From Bacteroidota bacterium (lineage in GTDB: Bacteria; Bacteroidota; Bacteroidia; Bacteroidales; Lentimicrobiaceae), in NCBI GenBank assembly GCA_009773515.1, contig WSXX01000023.1:3971-67970 (forward strand): a stretch of DNA of 64,000 nucleotides. Reading direction: 5' to 3'. A program made the translations under genes and the position numbers. This document shows positions 35,975-45,528 of the stretch, piece after piece; within the stretch, counting starts at the first letter, position 1; each line of letters begins with the position of its first letter. The notes beneath the pieces were generated by a model that ran no database searches, was not told where the DNA came from, and worked only from the letters and a program-made list of their open reading frames with translations.

Positions 35975-37888
35975 TTATGCCGGTTTGTCGAGAGACTGAT
36001 ACTCAGAATTGTTCGACTTAAATTCAGGGACAATTCTCTTTAGTTGTGCCACCACTTCAATCCTGTCGTAGGTATTGAAAGAATCCTGCAGGTCAAGAAA
36101 CATTGCTTCCACTTCTTCCGGGGGATAATGACAAACCTGAGCTATTGTTATTTTAGGGTGATGGGTTGGCAGGTTATTTTCGCCGCTGGTGAGTAACTCC
36201 TCAAAAAGTTTTTCCCCGGGCCTCAGACCGGTGTAAATAATATTGATGTCTTTCCCGGGCTTTAATCCTGAAAGGCGGATCATTTGCAAGGCAAGGTCAT
36301 TGATTTTTATTGGTTTGCCCATGTCGAACAAAAATATTTCACCGCCCATTCCCATCACTCCGGCTTCAAGCACCAGCTGGCAAGCTTCAGGAATGGTCAT
36401 AAAATAGCGGATAATATCGGGGTGGGTTACAGTAACAGGCCCGCCTGAAGCAATTTGTCTTTCAAAAAGAGGGATAACCGATCCGTTAGAGCCAAGAACA
36501 TTGCCAAAACGAGTGGTAATAAAAGCCGTTTTGTTTCCCGGCCGGAGGTTAAGACTCTGAATATAAATTTCTGCTGTTCGTTTGGTGGCACCCATAACAT
36601 TGGTAGGATTTACCGCTTTATCGGTTGAAACCATAACAAATCTGGTAACCCTGTACCTTAAGGCTGCATCTGCGACAATCCGTGTGCCGAATATATTAAC
36701 TCTGACGGCTTCAAACGGATTACTCTCCATTAAAGGAACATGTTTATAAGCTGCCGCATGATAGACCATCTGGGGCCTGTAAAGCCTGAATAAACGTTCA
36801 ATTGTTTCCCGGTTGCTGGTATCTCCCACCACAAACTCAAAGCGTGAAGTCATTGCCGGAAAAGCTTTTATCAGCTCCTGCTGAAGATCGTAGAGTGGTG
36901 ATTCTGCCTGATCAAGAAAAATAATCCGTGCGGGGTGCAGATTGCACAATTGCCGGCTTATTTCACTGCCAATACTCCCTGCTGCACCTGTTACCAAAAT
37001 GATTTTATCTCTCAGTTCTTCCAGAACATGCGTCATATCAAGCTTGATGGGAGCCCGCTGAAGCAAATCTTCAATCCTGACTTTATTAAGTTGTTTGAGA
37101 GAAAGCTCGCCATTTATCCAACTGCTTGCCGGAGGAATTTCACGTACAACCACTGCAGCCTGCGATATCAGATCTGCAATAAGTTCCCGCTTTTCTTCGG
37201 GTGAGATATTCTGAACCGAAAAGATTACATCTTTTACTTTAAAGCGGTCGAGAAATGCTTCATTTATCATCGAAGGCGGATACACAGTTACTCCCTGCAT
37301 TACTTTTCCATGCATCAGCAGGTTATGATCCAGAAAACCAATAACCTTATACCCTGAATCTTTATCGGCATTGATTACGCTAAGGGTGGTTAATCCTGCT
37401 TTTCCTGCACCATAAATCAATACATTTCTGCGGGGAATACCAGAATGGGAAAATGAACTGAAGAGGATTTTAATAACCATTCTTGTTGTGAGCAACAAAA
37501 AAAGACCCGAAAGCAGGTAAATGATCAGAATGGAATGAGGCAATGCAGGAAACCGGCCCTTCCCAAATGTTGCATTTGCCATATTCAGTACGAACATTAT
37601 AATACCCAACAGGAATATGCTTTTGCCTAACCGGATCACATCCTCAAGACTTGTATGGCGAATTATGCCTGCATAAGGCTTGAAAATAAGAAAACTTACA
37701 AGCGCCACTATAAATGAAACGGCAAGATGAAACCACATCTGACTAACCTGACCATCGGTGAGAGAAAAGTTGAACCTCAGCAGATAGGCTGCAATCAGAG
37801 CCATGGAGAGCAATGTCAGGTCTTTCAACAAAATGACCCACCGCGAAACAAAATGATGAGCGAGTGAATGAAAGATTTTATGTATCAT
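35975..37888 (-). CDS. CapD/WbpM/PglF-type membrane UDP-GlcNAc 4,6-dehydratase
   Basis: Four N-terminal TM helices, IYGAGKAG, TGAAGSIGSE, HAAAYKHVP, STDKAVNPTNVMGATKR, RFGNVLGS. Confidence 0.9.
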   Translation of the reverse strand: MIHKIFHSLAHHFVSRWVILLKDLTLLSMALIAAYLLRFNFSLTDGQVSQMWFHLAVSFIVALVSFLIFKPYAGIIRHTSLEDVIRLGKSIFLLGIIMFVLNMANATFGKGRFPALPHSILIIYLLSGLFLLLTTRMVIKILFSSFSHSGIPRRNVLIYGAGKAGLTTLSVINADKDSGYKVIGFLDHNLLMHGKVMQGVTVYPPSMINEAFLDRFKVKDVIFSVQNISPEEKRELIADLISQAAVVVREIPPASSWINGELSLKQLNKVRIEDLLQRAPIKLDMTHVLEELRDKIILVTGAAGSIGSEISRQLCNLHPARIIFLDQAESPLYDLQQELIKAFPAMTSRFEFVVGDTSNRETIERLFRLYRPQMVYHAAAYKHVPLMESNPFEAVRVNIFGTRIVADAALRYRVTRFVMVSTDKAVNPTNVMGATKRTAEIYIQSLNLRPGNKTAFITTRFGNVLGSNGSVIPLFERQIASGGPVTVTHPDIIRYFMTIPEACQLVLEAGVMGMGGEIFLFDMGKPIKINDLALQMIRLSGLKPGKDINIIYTGLRPGEKLFEELLTSGENNLPTHHPKITIAQVCHYPPEEVEAMFLDLQDSFNTYDRIEVVAQLKRIVPEFKSNNSEYQSLDKPA

Positions 37889-38280
37889 ACGTTTATGCTT
37901 GACCTTTATTTCTATCAACAATCAAATCTGATAAAAGTATGCAAAGTTATGCAGTTTTTTGCTAGTATCATCCCGTGTTTTTGTAAAGAAATTGTTATTT
38001 TCAATCGCAATGCATTTGAAATTCAGATTATAAATATTTTTAAAAACATTCGTAGCACCAAAATACACAGACCGCGTATATTCATTTAATAATCAGCATC
38101 ATACAAGCGCCCATATGGGTTGGAATCTTACATGTAAACTTTTATTACGAAAACAGATGTGTTAATTTATTTAACAATGCATAAAATAAATTAATTGAAT
38201 GCTGATTTCAGTTCCTTAGCGTATGCTTCTATGAGTCATATATTTTCATATTTTTGCCTTTCATCTTCCAAAAATAGCAC

Positions 38281-39576
38281 ATGAGCGAAACAAGCAGCAA
38301 CAAAACCGGATTCAAATCCTTTCCGCGAAACTTCTGGACTGTTATTGTAATGGAGTTCTTTGAAAGAGGCTCTTATTACGGGGTTATGTCTGTTTTATCG
38401 GTTTACCTTGTTATGTCAACCAGCGAAGGCGGATTGGGCTTTTCGAAAGAAGGTGTTGGTGTAATCAAAAGTACCATTACCCCCTTGCTTTACCTGCTGC
38501 CCATTCTTTCAGGTGCACTGGCCGATCGTTTCGGATATCGCCGGACTTTGATGATGGCTTTTGCAGTAATGAGTGCCGGTTATTTTCTCACCAGTCTTTC
38601 CACTTCTTACAGCCTTGTTTTTCTGAGTCTTATACTTATGGCAATTGGTGCAGGTTTTTTTAAACCTGTAATTTCAGGCTCAATAGCCCGTGTAACCGAT
38701 GAAAACAATTCAGGACTCGGCTTTGGAATTTTCTATTGGTCTATCAACCTTGGCGCATTTATTTTTCCGCTGATTCTGGTGCCATACCTCAAAGGCATAG
38801 GCTGGAATTATATTTTCATTATGGCTGCCGTTGGCACAGGTTCAATGCTTTTACTTAACATTTTTGTCTATAAGGAGCCACCCCGCCCGGCCAACACTAA
38901 ACCGCTTTCAGAAGTACTGAAAGGCATAATTCTGGTGCTTAAAGACTACCGCTTTGTGCTGATGATAGTGATTTACAGCGGCTTCTGGATTCTCTATTTT
39001 CAAATGTTCGACACTGTGCTCTGGTACCTGAAGGATTATATGGACATGACTCCTGTAAATAATGCCATAAACAGTTTTCTAAGGCTCTTTGTAGAGAATG
39101 CAAACTGGAAATTTGACGCTGAACACGTTACAGTAATCAATGCAGGAGCCATTATTGTTCTGCAACTGCTTGTTTCGTCGCTGGTTAAGAAAACCCCTGC
39201 CCTGCCAACCATGATTGTTGGTATCGCATTGGGAACATTAGGTATGGGTATTCTGGCAATTTCTACTTATGCATGGGTATTTGTTGCAGGGCTTATTATC
39301 TTCTCTATCGGTGAAATGACAGCACATCCTAAATTTATTTCCTACATCGGGCTTATCGCCCCTCCTGACAAAAAAGCGCTGTATCTCGGCTACTCATTCC
39401 TTTACGGAGTGATTGGCAGCGGAATAGGCGGCATTCTTGGTGCTACACTTTACGTTAAGTTTGTTGATGATATGGGACGGCCGGGAATTTTATGGTTCAT
39501 CTTCAGTATGATCGGCGTTGCTACAATCATTGGGTTACTGCTGTTTAACCGATATCTGAAACCAAAACAAGGTTAA
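38281..39576 (+). CDS. MFS transporter, peptide/POT-like
   Basis: EFFERGSYYG, GALADRFGYRR, FYWSINLG; about 12 TM helices. Confidence 0.85.
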   Translation: MSETSSNKTGFKSFPRNFWTVIVMEFFERGSYYGVMSVLSVYLVMSTSEGGLGFSKEGVGVIKSTITPLLYLLPILSGALADRFGYRRTLMMAFAVMSAGYFLTSLSTSYSLVFLSLILMAIGAGFFKPVISGSIARVTDENNSGLGFGIFYWSINLGAFIFPLILVPYLKGIGWNYIFIMAAVGTGSMLLLNIFVYKEPPRPANTKPLSEVLKGIILVLKDYRFVLMIVIYSGFWILYFQMFDTVLWYLKDYMDMTPVNNAINSFLRLFVENANWKFDAEHVTVINAGAIIVLQLLVSSLVKKTPALPTMIVGIALGTLGMGILAISTYAWVFVAGLIIFSIGEMTAHPKFISYIGLIAPPDKKALYLGYSFLYGVIGSGIGGILGATLYVKFVDDMGRPGILWFIFSMIGVATIIGLLLFNRYLKPKQG

Positions 39577-39625
39577 GGTTAAGGTTAAGGTTAAGGTTGA
39601 GGTTGAGGTTGAGGTTGAGGTTGAG
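39569..39625. repeat. Hexamer tandem repeat (AAGGTT)5(GAGGTT)4
   Basis: Read directly; contains the MFS stop codon. Confidence 0.9.
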
Positions 39626-39747
39626 AAAACCTCCGCTTCAACCTCATTCTTTTTCAAAGTTTTCAAACCTGAAGGTATTTTTATAAATTTGCGCCTCTGC
39701 TGAAAATGAAGCATTAACAAAGGAAGTTCAAAAAATAAAAATACAAC

Positions 39748-40965
39748 ATGAAAGGTTCAATTGCAATACTGGCGGGCGGTGGTCCTGCTCCAGGAATTAA
39801 TTCGGTAATCGCTTCGGTTGCCAAGGTTTTTTTGAAAGACGGATACCGTGTTATTGGTTTGCACGAAGGGTACAAAACCCTGTTTACTGATGAACCAAAT
39901 ATGATTGTTATTGACTTTGTAATGGCCGACCGCATTCACAATCAGGGAGGTTCGGCGCTTATTATGAGTCGCCACAAACCCAAAGACCAGGATTTTAACA
40001 CCAAATTTTTTGTCAATAACAATGTAAAACTGCTGGTAACCATAGGCGGCGACGATACTGCATCAACCGCAAACCGCATATCCAAATATCTGGCAACCAA
40101 CAACATTAAAATACAGAACATTCACGTTCCAAAAACCATCGACAACGACCTGCCCCTGCCCGACGGAATTCCTACTTTTGGATATCAGAGTGCAAAACAG
40201 GAAGGCGTTCGCCTGGCAACAACTGTGTATGAGGATGCACGTACCAGCGGAAACTGGTTTGTGGTGTCAGCCATGGGCCGCGAAGCTGGTCACCTTGCTT
40301 TCGGTATTGGAGCTGCTTGCCACTATCCCATGATCATCATTCCTGAAATGTTCAATAAAGTTGAAGTTACCTTCGATCGCATTCTCAGACTGATTATTTC
40401 ATCGATGATAAAACGCAAAATACTGGGCATCAGCTATGGCGTGGCAATCATCAGCGAAGGGGTTTTTCACTTTATGACCGACGAAGAAATTACCTCCACA
40501 AAAATTACTTTTACCTACGACGATCACGGCCACCCCGAACTCGGAAATGTGAGTAAAGCACACATTTTTAACCTGTTGATGCAGGAAAGGGTCAAGGAGC
40601 TGAATCTTAACATAAAAAGCCGTCCGGTTGAGCTTGGTTACGAACTGCGTTGTGTACAGCCCATTGCTTTCGATATGCTCTACTGTGCGTTGATGGGCAT
40701 TGGAGTAAAACACCTTTTCGATCAGGGGCTTACCAGTTGTATGGTGGTGAGCGGTCCGAATGGCGATATCAGCCCGCTTTACCTCAAAGATGTTGAAGAT
40801 GAATTCGGCAAGGTAAAACCCCGTCTGGTAAATATGGAAGGTCAGAAATCAAAAATGGTATTCGACGACAGCCTTCAATATATTGAACCAGCCGATTATG
40901 AAGCTGCGAGAAAGTATGTGCCTGATCCTGAAAATTATGATTTCAGGAAGATTTTGAAATGGTAG
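39748..40965 (+). CDS. pfp: Pyrophosphate-dependent-type phosphofructokinase
   Basis: GGGPAPG, GGDD and PKTIDND (the PPi-type Asp/Lys pair), MGR. Confidence 0.85.
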   Translation: MKGSIAILAGGGPAPGINSVIASVAKVFLKDGYRVIGLHEGYKTLFTDEPNMIVIDFVMADRIHNQGGSALIMSRHKPKDQDFNTKFFVNNNVKLLVTIGGDDTASTANRISKYLATNNIKIQNIHVPKTIDNDLPLPDGIPTFGYQSAKQEGVRLATTVYEDARTSGNWFVVSAMGREAGHLAFGIGAACHYPMIIIPEMFNKVEVTFDRILRLIISSMIKRKILGISYGVAIISEGVFHFMTDEEITSTKITFTYDDHGHPELGNVSKAHIFNLLMQERVKELNLNIKSRPVELGYELRCVQPIAFDMLYCALMGIGVKHLFDQGLTSCMVVSGPNGDISPLYLKDVEDEFGKVKPRLVNMEGQKSKMVFDDSLQYIEPADYEAARKYVPDPENYDFRKILKW

Positions 40966-41001
40966 GACCCTGACAGGCTTTTAGCCTTTTGAATAAATCA
41001 T

Positions 41002-41042
41002 AAAAGACCTGACAATTCGAAAAAAGACTTGTCAGGTCTTTT
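41002..41042. terminator. 14-bp stem hairpin/terminator after PFK
   Basis: AAAAGACCTGACAA / TTGTCAGGTCTTTT. Confidence 0.65.
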
Positions 41043-41154
41043 TTCGATGAATATTTTGGGGGGATGTTCATCGTGTTTTACTCTGACTCTTCTTTCGACA
41101 TACTCAGAACAGGCAGCAACCAATGAACGGCCTTGCATCTTTTGATTTGCAAAA

Positions 41155-41183
41155 CCTTCCAGGTTGGAAGAAAACCTGGAAGG
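41155..41183. repeat. 11-bp inverted repeat after the thiolase
   Basis: CCTTCCAGGTT / AACCTGGAAGG. Confidence 0.55.
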
Positions 41184-41204
41184 CTTTATCCTGAGTTCGT
41201 CTCT

Positions 41205-42449
41205 TTAGTTTTTTTTAAAAACAATAGCCACCACCGTGCGATCGTCACCACCCATATTTACGGTGAGGCCATAAGGGCGATCGGCAGGAATGTTAATTTG
41301 TGAATTACCTGCTTTGCCGGTCAATTGCTCCCATATGGTAACTGCCTGATGCACTCCTGTGGCTCCTGTGGGATGTCCCCAACCAATAAGTCCACCGGTT
41401 GTGTTTACGGGAATTTTTCCATCACGGGCTGTGTGGCCTTCAATTACAAAATCAGCACCTTTGCCTTCAGGAGCAAGTCCGATGGCTTCCATACCCAGGA
41501 TTCCTGCAATGGTAAAACAGTCGTGGGTTTCAACGGTTGCCAGATCGGCGGGAGTAATTCCTGCTGAAGTCAGGGCTTGCTTTACGGCATGGGCAACGGT
41601 AGTGAGGCGGGTCAGATCTTCAGGAAGCGCGGTTATGTCATCGGCCGCATGGCCAATACCAACCACCTCAACCGCATCAGAAACGGAAACACCACAACGT
41701 GTCAGACCTTCTTCGCTCACAATGGCTATGGCTGAAGCGCCATCAGATACCTTTGAGCAATCAAATACATTCAGGTGATCGGTGAAAGAACGCGGACTTG
41801 GCTCCATCAGACCCTGGGCCTCCAGATCGGCAGTTTTATTATCAAATTCCTGAGCAGTGGGGCAAAGACGGGCATTCTCAATGGCATTTCTATACCATCT
41901 GGCGAAAGCCTTGCGTGCTTTTTCGCGGCCAACCTTCTCAAAATATGCCCCTGCCCTATCGCTGAACTGACCGGGAAAGAAATAAGCTTGTCCATCCTTG
42001 CGGCGCTGAAACCATCCGGCACCGGCAAGGATATCGGCACCATAAATTGCTTTAACTGTATTCTGAACTTCAATGCCTAAAGCCAGAACAACCTCGGCAG
42101 AACCCGAAAGCACCGATTTGATTCCGGAAACCAGCGCCAGTCCGCCGGAAGCGCAGGCACCCTCAACACTGATGGAAGGTTTGAGGCGGAGCTGCGGATC
42201 TATCATCCCGAGAAAAGCACCCAGATGTGCCTGTTTGTTGAAACGTGCAGCCATAAAATTACCGACCACGCCTTCATCAACTTTTGCTGCACCTCCAATC
42301 TGCGAAAGCGTTCCTTGTCCTGCCTCTTTGAGGTAATGCTCTAATCCCGGCCGTTCCTTTTTGGGATTAAACTCCTTGCGACCGGTTCCCATAGATACAG
42401 TGTTGTATCCGGCAATCATATATATTTTCTTGTGTGGTTTCATTTGCAA
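41205..42449 (-). CDS. Thiolase, SCP2-type
   Basis: EGACASGG, ETHDCF, GHPTGATG. Confidence 0.88.
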   Translation of the reverse strand: MQMKPHKKIYMIAGYNTVSMGTGRKEFNPKKERPGLEHYLKEAGQGTLSQIGGAAKVDEGVVGNFMAARFNKQAHLGAFLGMIDPQLRLKPSISVEGACASGGLALVSGIKSVLSGSAEVVLALGIEVQNTVKAIYGADILAGAGWFQRRKDGQAYFFPGQFSDRAGAYFEKVGREKARKAFARWYRNAIENARLCPTAQEFDNKTADLEAQGLMEPSPRSFTDHLNVFDCSKVSDGASAIAIVSEEGLTRCGVSVSDAVEVVGIGHAADDITALPEDLTRLTTVAHAVKQALTSAGITPADLATVETHDCFTIAGILGMEAIGLAPEGKGADFVIEGHTARDGKIPVNTTGGLIGWGHPTGATGVHQAVTIWEQLTGKAGNSQINIPADRPYGLTVNMGGDDRTVVAIVFKKN

Positions 42450-42455
42450 TTCAGG

Positions 42456-43796
42456 TTATTTAACAACGAAATCATTTACAGGCCCATAAGCATGGAAAAA
42501 CCCGGTAAGCATTACGGTATTCACATCATCAGCAGAACGGGCAACGCCATCACTCACGAGCTTAAGACCAATTTCGCGACTGTTCCGCGCATAGGAAAGG
42601 GCAATGGCTGCACCGCGCTTACCCAGATTTCTGTAGGCTTCGAAGGCTTTCGCGGCCAAAGCATCCTTTTCAGGAGATTTAACCAGATTTTTCCATGGCA
42701 AAACTTCGGCCGGAAGCTCACCAAGCCATGCATCTACCCTCGCAGCAAACGCAGCAACCGGCACATATTCTCCGGTTTCAGGATTACAAACCTCAACGAC
42801 TTTCCCCTTTTCATATTTCAGGAAACCATTTTTCTGACTTCCATCGGCATATTGCCCTCCTTTTACACCTTTTGCGAAAAGCACATCAAGCATGGGGGAA
42901 TGCAGTTCCTCGTTGCTCATGTAAGGATTCATAACATTCATGATGAACCGGACCACATCCACACCAACATAGTCGATGAGCTGGAAAATACCCATCGGAC
43001 GCATCAGAAAATCCTGCGTAATGCGGTTAACGGCGTAAATTGCTTCATGAAGCGGCATTTCACTTTTCAGACGGAGGGCTTCATTTATGCCATACAATGC
43101 ATCGCGCATAAAGTGGCCGTTGCCGATAAAGCCTGCAATATCGTTGGAATGCACCACCACCTTGTGCATGTTTTTTGCAAGTTGAAGCGCAAATTCAGTG
43201 ATTTCATTATTGTTTTCGGGAATGGTAATCAGCTCCACCAGTTTTTGAATGGCCGGAGGATTGTAAAAGTGAAAACCAAGCACCCGCCCTTCAAGCGCAG
43301 CAGATTCGTTTAAACCTCCGATGGGCACCGAAGAGGTGTTGGTAAAAAACCATGGTTTATTTGGGTTATTTTCGTTGATCTGCCTGAAAAGCCTGATTTT
43401 AAGATCGGCATTTTCGCTTACGGCTTCAAAAATCAAAGTGCTGTCGTAAGCAGCTTCAATTCGTGTGCCCGGCCTGATCAGCGACATTACATCTGCGATG
43501 TAGGCTTCAATGATTTCGCTGTTTTCAATCAGGTCTTTGCGGCCGGCATACATTTTTCGCAACAACACGGTCTTTTTCTCAGCAGCTTTCAGCACCTGCG
43601 CCCTGATGTAAGCCATCAGTCCCGGCAATGCCGACGAGGTAACATCTACGGCATTTACCACAAAATGTTTGTCTTTGTTTTCGGGTTTCAGCATATGGTC
43701 GGCCACTTCAAGCGCAGAAAGCAGCAGAATGCCGCTTCCCATCTTGCCTGCTGCGCCCAGCACGGTAATGTTGGTTAGTTTTTCGGTATAATCCAT
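42456..43796 (-). CDS. 3-hydroxyacyl-CoA dehydrogenase family protein
   Basis: GAAGKMG, EAVSEN..LK, TNTSS, GFHFYNPP, GFIGN, PMGIFQLIDYVG. Confidence 0.85.
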   Translation of the reverse strand: MDYTEKLTNITVLGAAGKMGSGILLLSALEVADHMLKPENKDKHFVVNAVDVTSSALPGLMAYIRAQVLKAAEKKTVLLRKMYAGRKDLIENSEIIEAYIADVMSLIRPGTRIEAAYDSTLIFEAVSENADLKIRLFRQINENNPNKPWFFTNTSSVPIGGLNESAALEGRVLGFHFYNPPAIQKLVELITIPENNNEITEFALQLAKNMHKVVVHSNDIAGFIGNGHFMRDALYGINEALRLKSEMPLHEAIYAVNRITQDFLMRPMGIFQLIDYVGVDVVRFIMNVMNPYMSNEELHSPMLDVLFAKGVKGGQYADGSQKNGFLKYEKGKVVEVCNPETGEYVPVAAFAARVDAWLGELPAEVLPWKNLVKSPEKDALAAKAFEAYRNLGKRGAAIALSYARNSREIGLKLVSDGVARSADDVNTVMLTGFFHAYGPVNDFVVK

Positions 43797-43839
43797 TTTA
43801 AGTTGGTGTTTATCGGTATTTTAAAGTCTTTAGTCTTTA

Positions 43840-43926
43840 GAAATTGGAAATTAATTGTCTCGGGAGCGTGAAGCGATAACGAAAGAAATTAGAAATTAGA
43901 AATTAGAAATTAGAAATTAGAAATTG
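43840..43926. repeat. GAAATTR heptamer array with the same 28-bp core as at 33272
   Basis: Two units, core TTGTCTCGGGAGCGTGAAGCGATAACGA at 43855-43882, then six units. Confidence 0.88.
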
Positions 43927-43927
43927 G

Positions 43928-44698
43928 CTATTCCCAAACCGGTTTCCTTTTCTCCAGAAACGCTTTCATTCCTTCTGCGCCTTCGTTCCCGAAAGGATCA
44001 CCAAAGTGCTGTTGTTCCAAAGTTTCCGCAACTGAATAATTCATTTCAAGTCCTTTACGGGTTACCTGTTTAACAAGTTTTACGGCGAGCGGACCTTTGG
44101 TTGCAATCAAGTTAGCAAGTCTTCGTGCTTCATCAAGCAGTGCTTCGGGTTCAGTAACTTTCTGAACCAAACGCATCTGCAGGGCTGTGGCTGCATCTAT
44201 CACCTCACCTGTGGTAAGCAGATACAATGCATCGGCCAGATTGGTTAAGCGGGGAAGTCGCTGTGTACCGGCATAACCGGGAATTAGTCCAAGATTAACT
44301 TCGGGCTGACCAAACTTTGCATTGGATGATGCAATCCTGAAATCGCAAGCCATTGCAAGTTCCATTCCTCCCCCTAGCGCAAAACCATTGATGGCGGCAA
44401 TCACAGGAAATGGCAAGGCCGACAAACGGTTAAAAACAGCTTGTCCGGTTGCTGAAAATGCCCTGCCTTCATCAGGCGACATATTTACCATTTCAGCAAT
44501 ATCGGCACCAGCCGCAAAAGCCTTGCCTTCGCCGGTAATTATCAAAGCGCGAATGGTTTTATCATCCTGAACGGACGAAATAAAGGAATCCATTTCGCTG
44601 AAAAATACTGAATTTAAAGCATTTAGTGCTGACGGACGGCTGATGGTCAACAGCATTACAGGCCCCTCTGCCTGAGGTTTCAGAATTGTGTAGTTCAT
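43928..44698 (-). CDS. Enoyl-CoA hydratase (crotonase)
   Basis: RPSALNALN, AFAAGADI, AINGFALGGGMELAMACD, GQPEVNLGLIPG. Confidence 0.92.
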   Translation of the reverse strand: MNYTILKPQAEGPVMLLTISRPSALNALNSVFFSEMDSFISSVQDDKTIRALIITGEGKAFAAGADIAEMVNMSPDEGRAFSATGQAVFNRLSALPFPVIAAINGFALGGGMELAMACDFRIASSNAKFGQPEVNLGLIPGYAGTQRLPRLTNLADALYLLTTGEVIDAATALQMRLVQKVTEPEALLDEARRLANLIATKGPLAVKLVKQVTRKGLEMNYSVAETLEQQHFGDPFGNEGAEGMKAFLEKRKPVWE

Positions 44699-44869
44699 TT
44701 AAAATGAAGCTTGGTTTATTGTTTAACTCTTAAACATACCTGAATCCAAATGGTTCAACAAAAAATGGATGGGGCAGCGTTTTGGCAGCGGGGCAGGGAT
44801 TCCGGCGAAACTTTCCGGAAGGTGAGTGCAGAAAAGAGGTTTTGGGCTTGCAGCTTGCGTTGCAGGCTT

Positions 44870-45475
44870 TTACACCTCCATTTTTTTTAGGTAACTGATT
44901 GCTTTACAATCTGCTGAATCGCATTTAAATGCAAACCAGTCGATCAGGCTGAGTGCAAAATTATGGTCTAGCATTTCAACCGGCACAGAAGAAATAAAAT
45001 GTGTGAGTTTCTGGTTGGCTTTTTCGGGGTCAATTGCCGATTTATCATCCTTTCGTGAGATGCGCAGAAAAAGCAGTTCCTTGATTTCCACATCCACCAG
45101 GCCCGGTTTCGACGAAACGTAAATGTAAGCAACCCGGGTATTTTTGTATCGGGTGCCACTGAAGAAGGATAAGAATTTCAGAAAAGATGTCTTAGATATT
45201 CTGCGGCTTGATGAAAAAATATTCAGGTGGTTTCCCAGGTGTGAATCTTTTGACCGGCCATCAATTTTCCCAAAAGCAGCGCGTGTTTCAGCGGGCAATT
45301 TGTTTACCCTTTCGGTAAGATGGTATAACTCTTCGAGAAAAGCATTGTATCTGACAGCAATTTGCGTGTAATTGTCAGAGACTTCCTGCCGTTTTCTATT
45401 GACAAGATTCGCTTTCTCTGCTGCTTTCCTTTCCGGATTGTTCCGTTGTTCTTCTTCGTCGAGCCAGTGAGACAT
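44870..45475 (-). CDS. Hypothetical protein, 201 aa
   Basis: ATG-initiated ORF filling the gap; no motif recognised. Confidence 0.55.
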   Translation of the reverse strand: MSHWLDEEEQRNNPERKAAEKANLVNRKRQEVSDNYTQIAVRYNAFLEELYHLTERVNKLPAETRAAFGKIDGRSKDSHLGNHLNIFSSSRRISKTSFLKFLSFFSGTRYKNTRVAYIYVSSKPGLVDVEIKELLFLRISRKDDKSAIDPEKANQKLTHFISSVPVEMLDHNFALSLIDWFAFKCDSADCKAISYLKKMEV

Positions 45476-45528
45476 AAATGATTAATTAAAAAGCAAACCT
45501 ACATGAATTAATGCTAATATACAAATAC

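Noticed and set aside
39535-39720. 61-aa ORF with STSTST/LTLTLT
   Set aside because: Artefact of the hexamer tandem repeat.
42432-43313. 293-aa plus-strand ORF
   Set aside because: Antisense shadow of the hydroxyacyl-CoA dehydrogenase.
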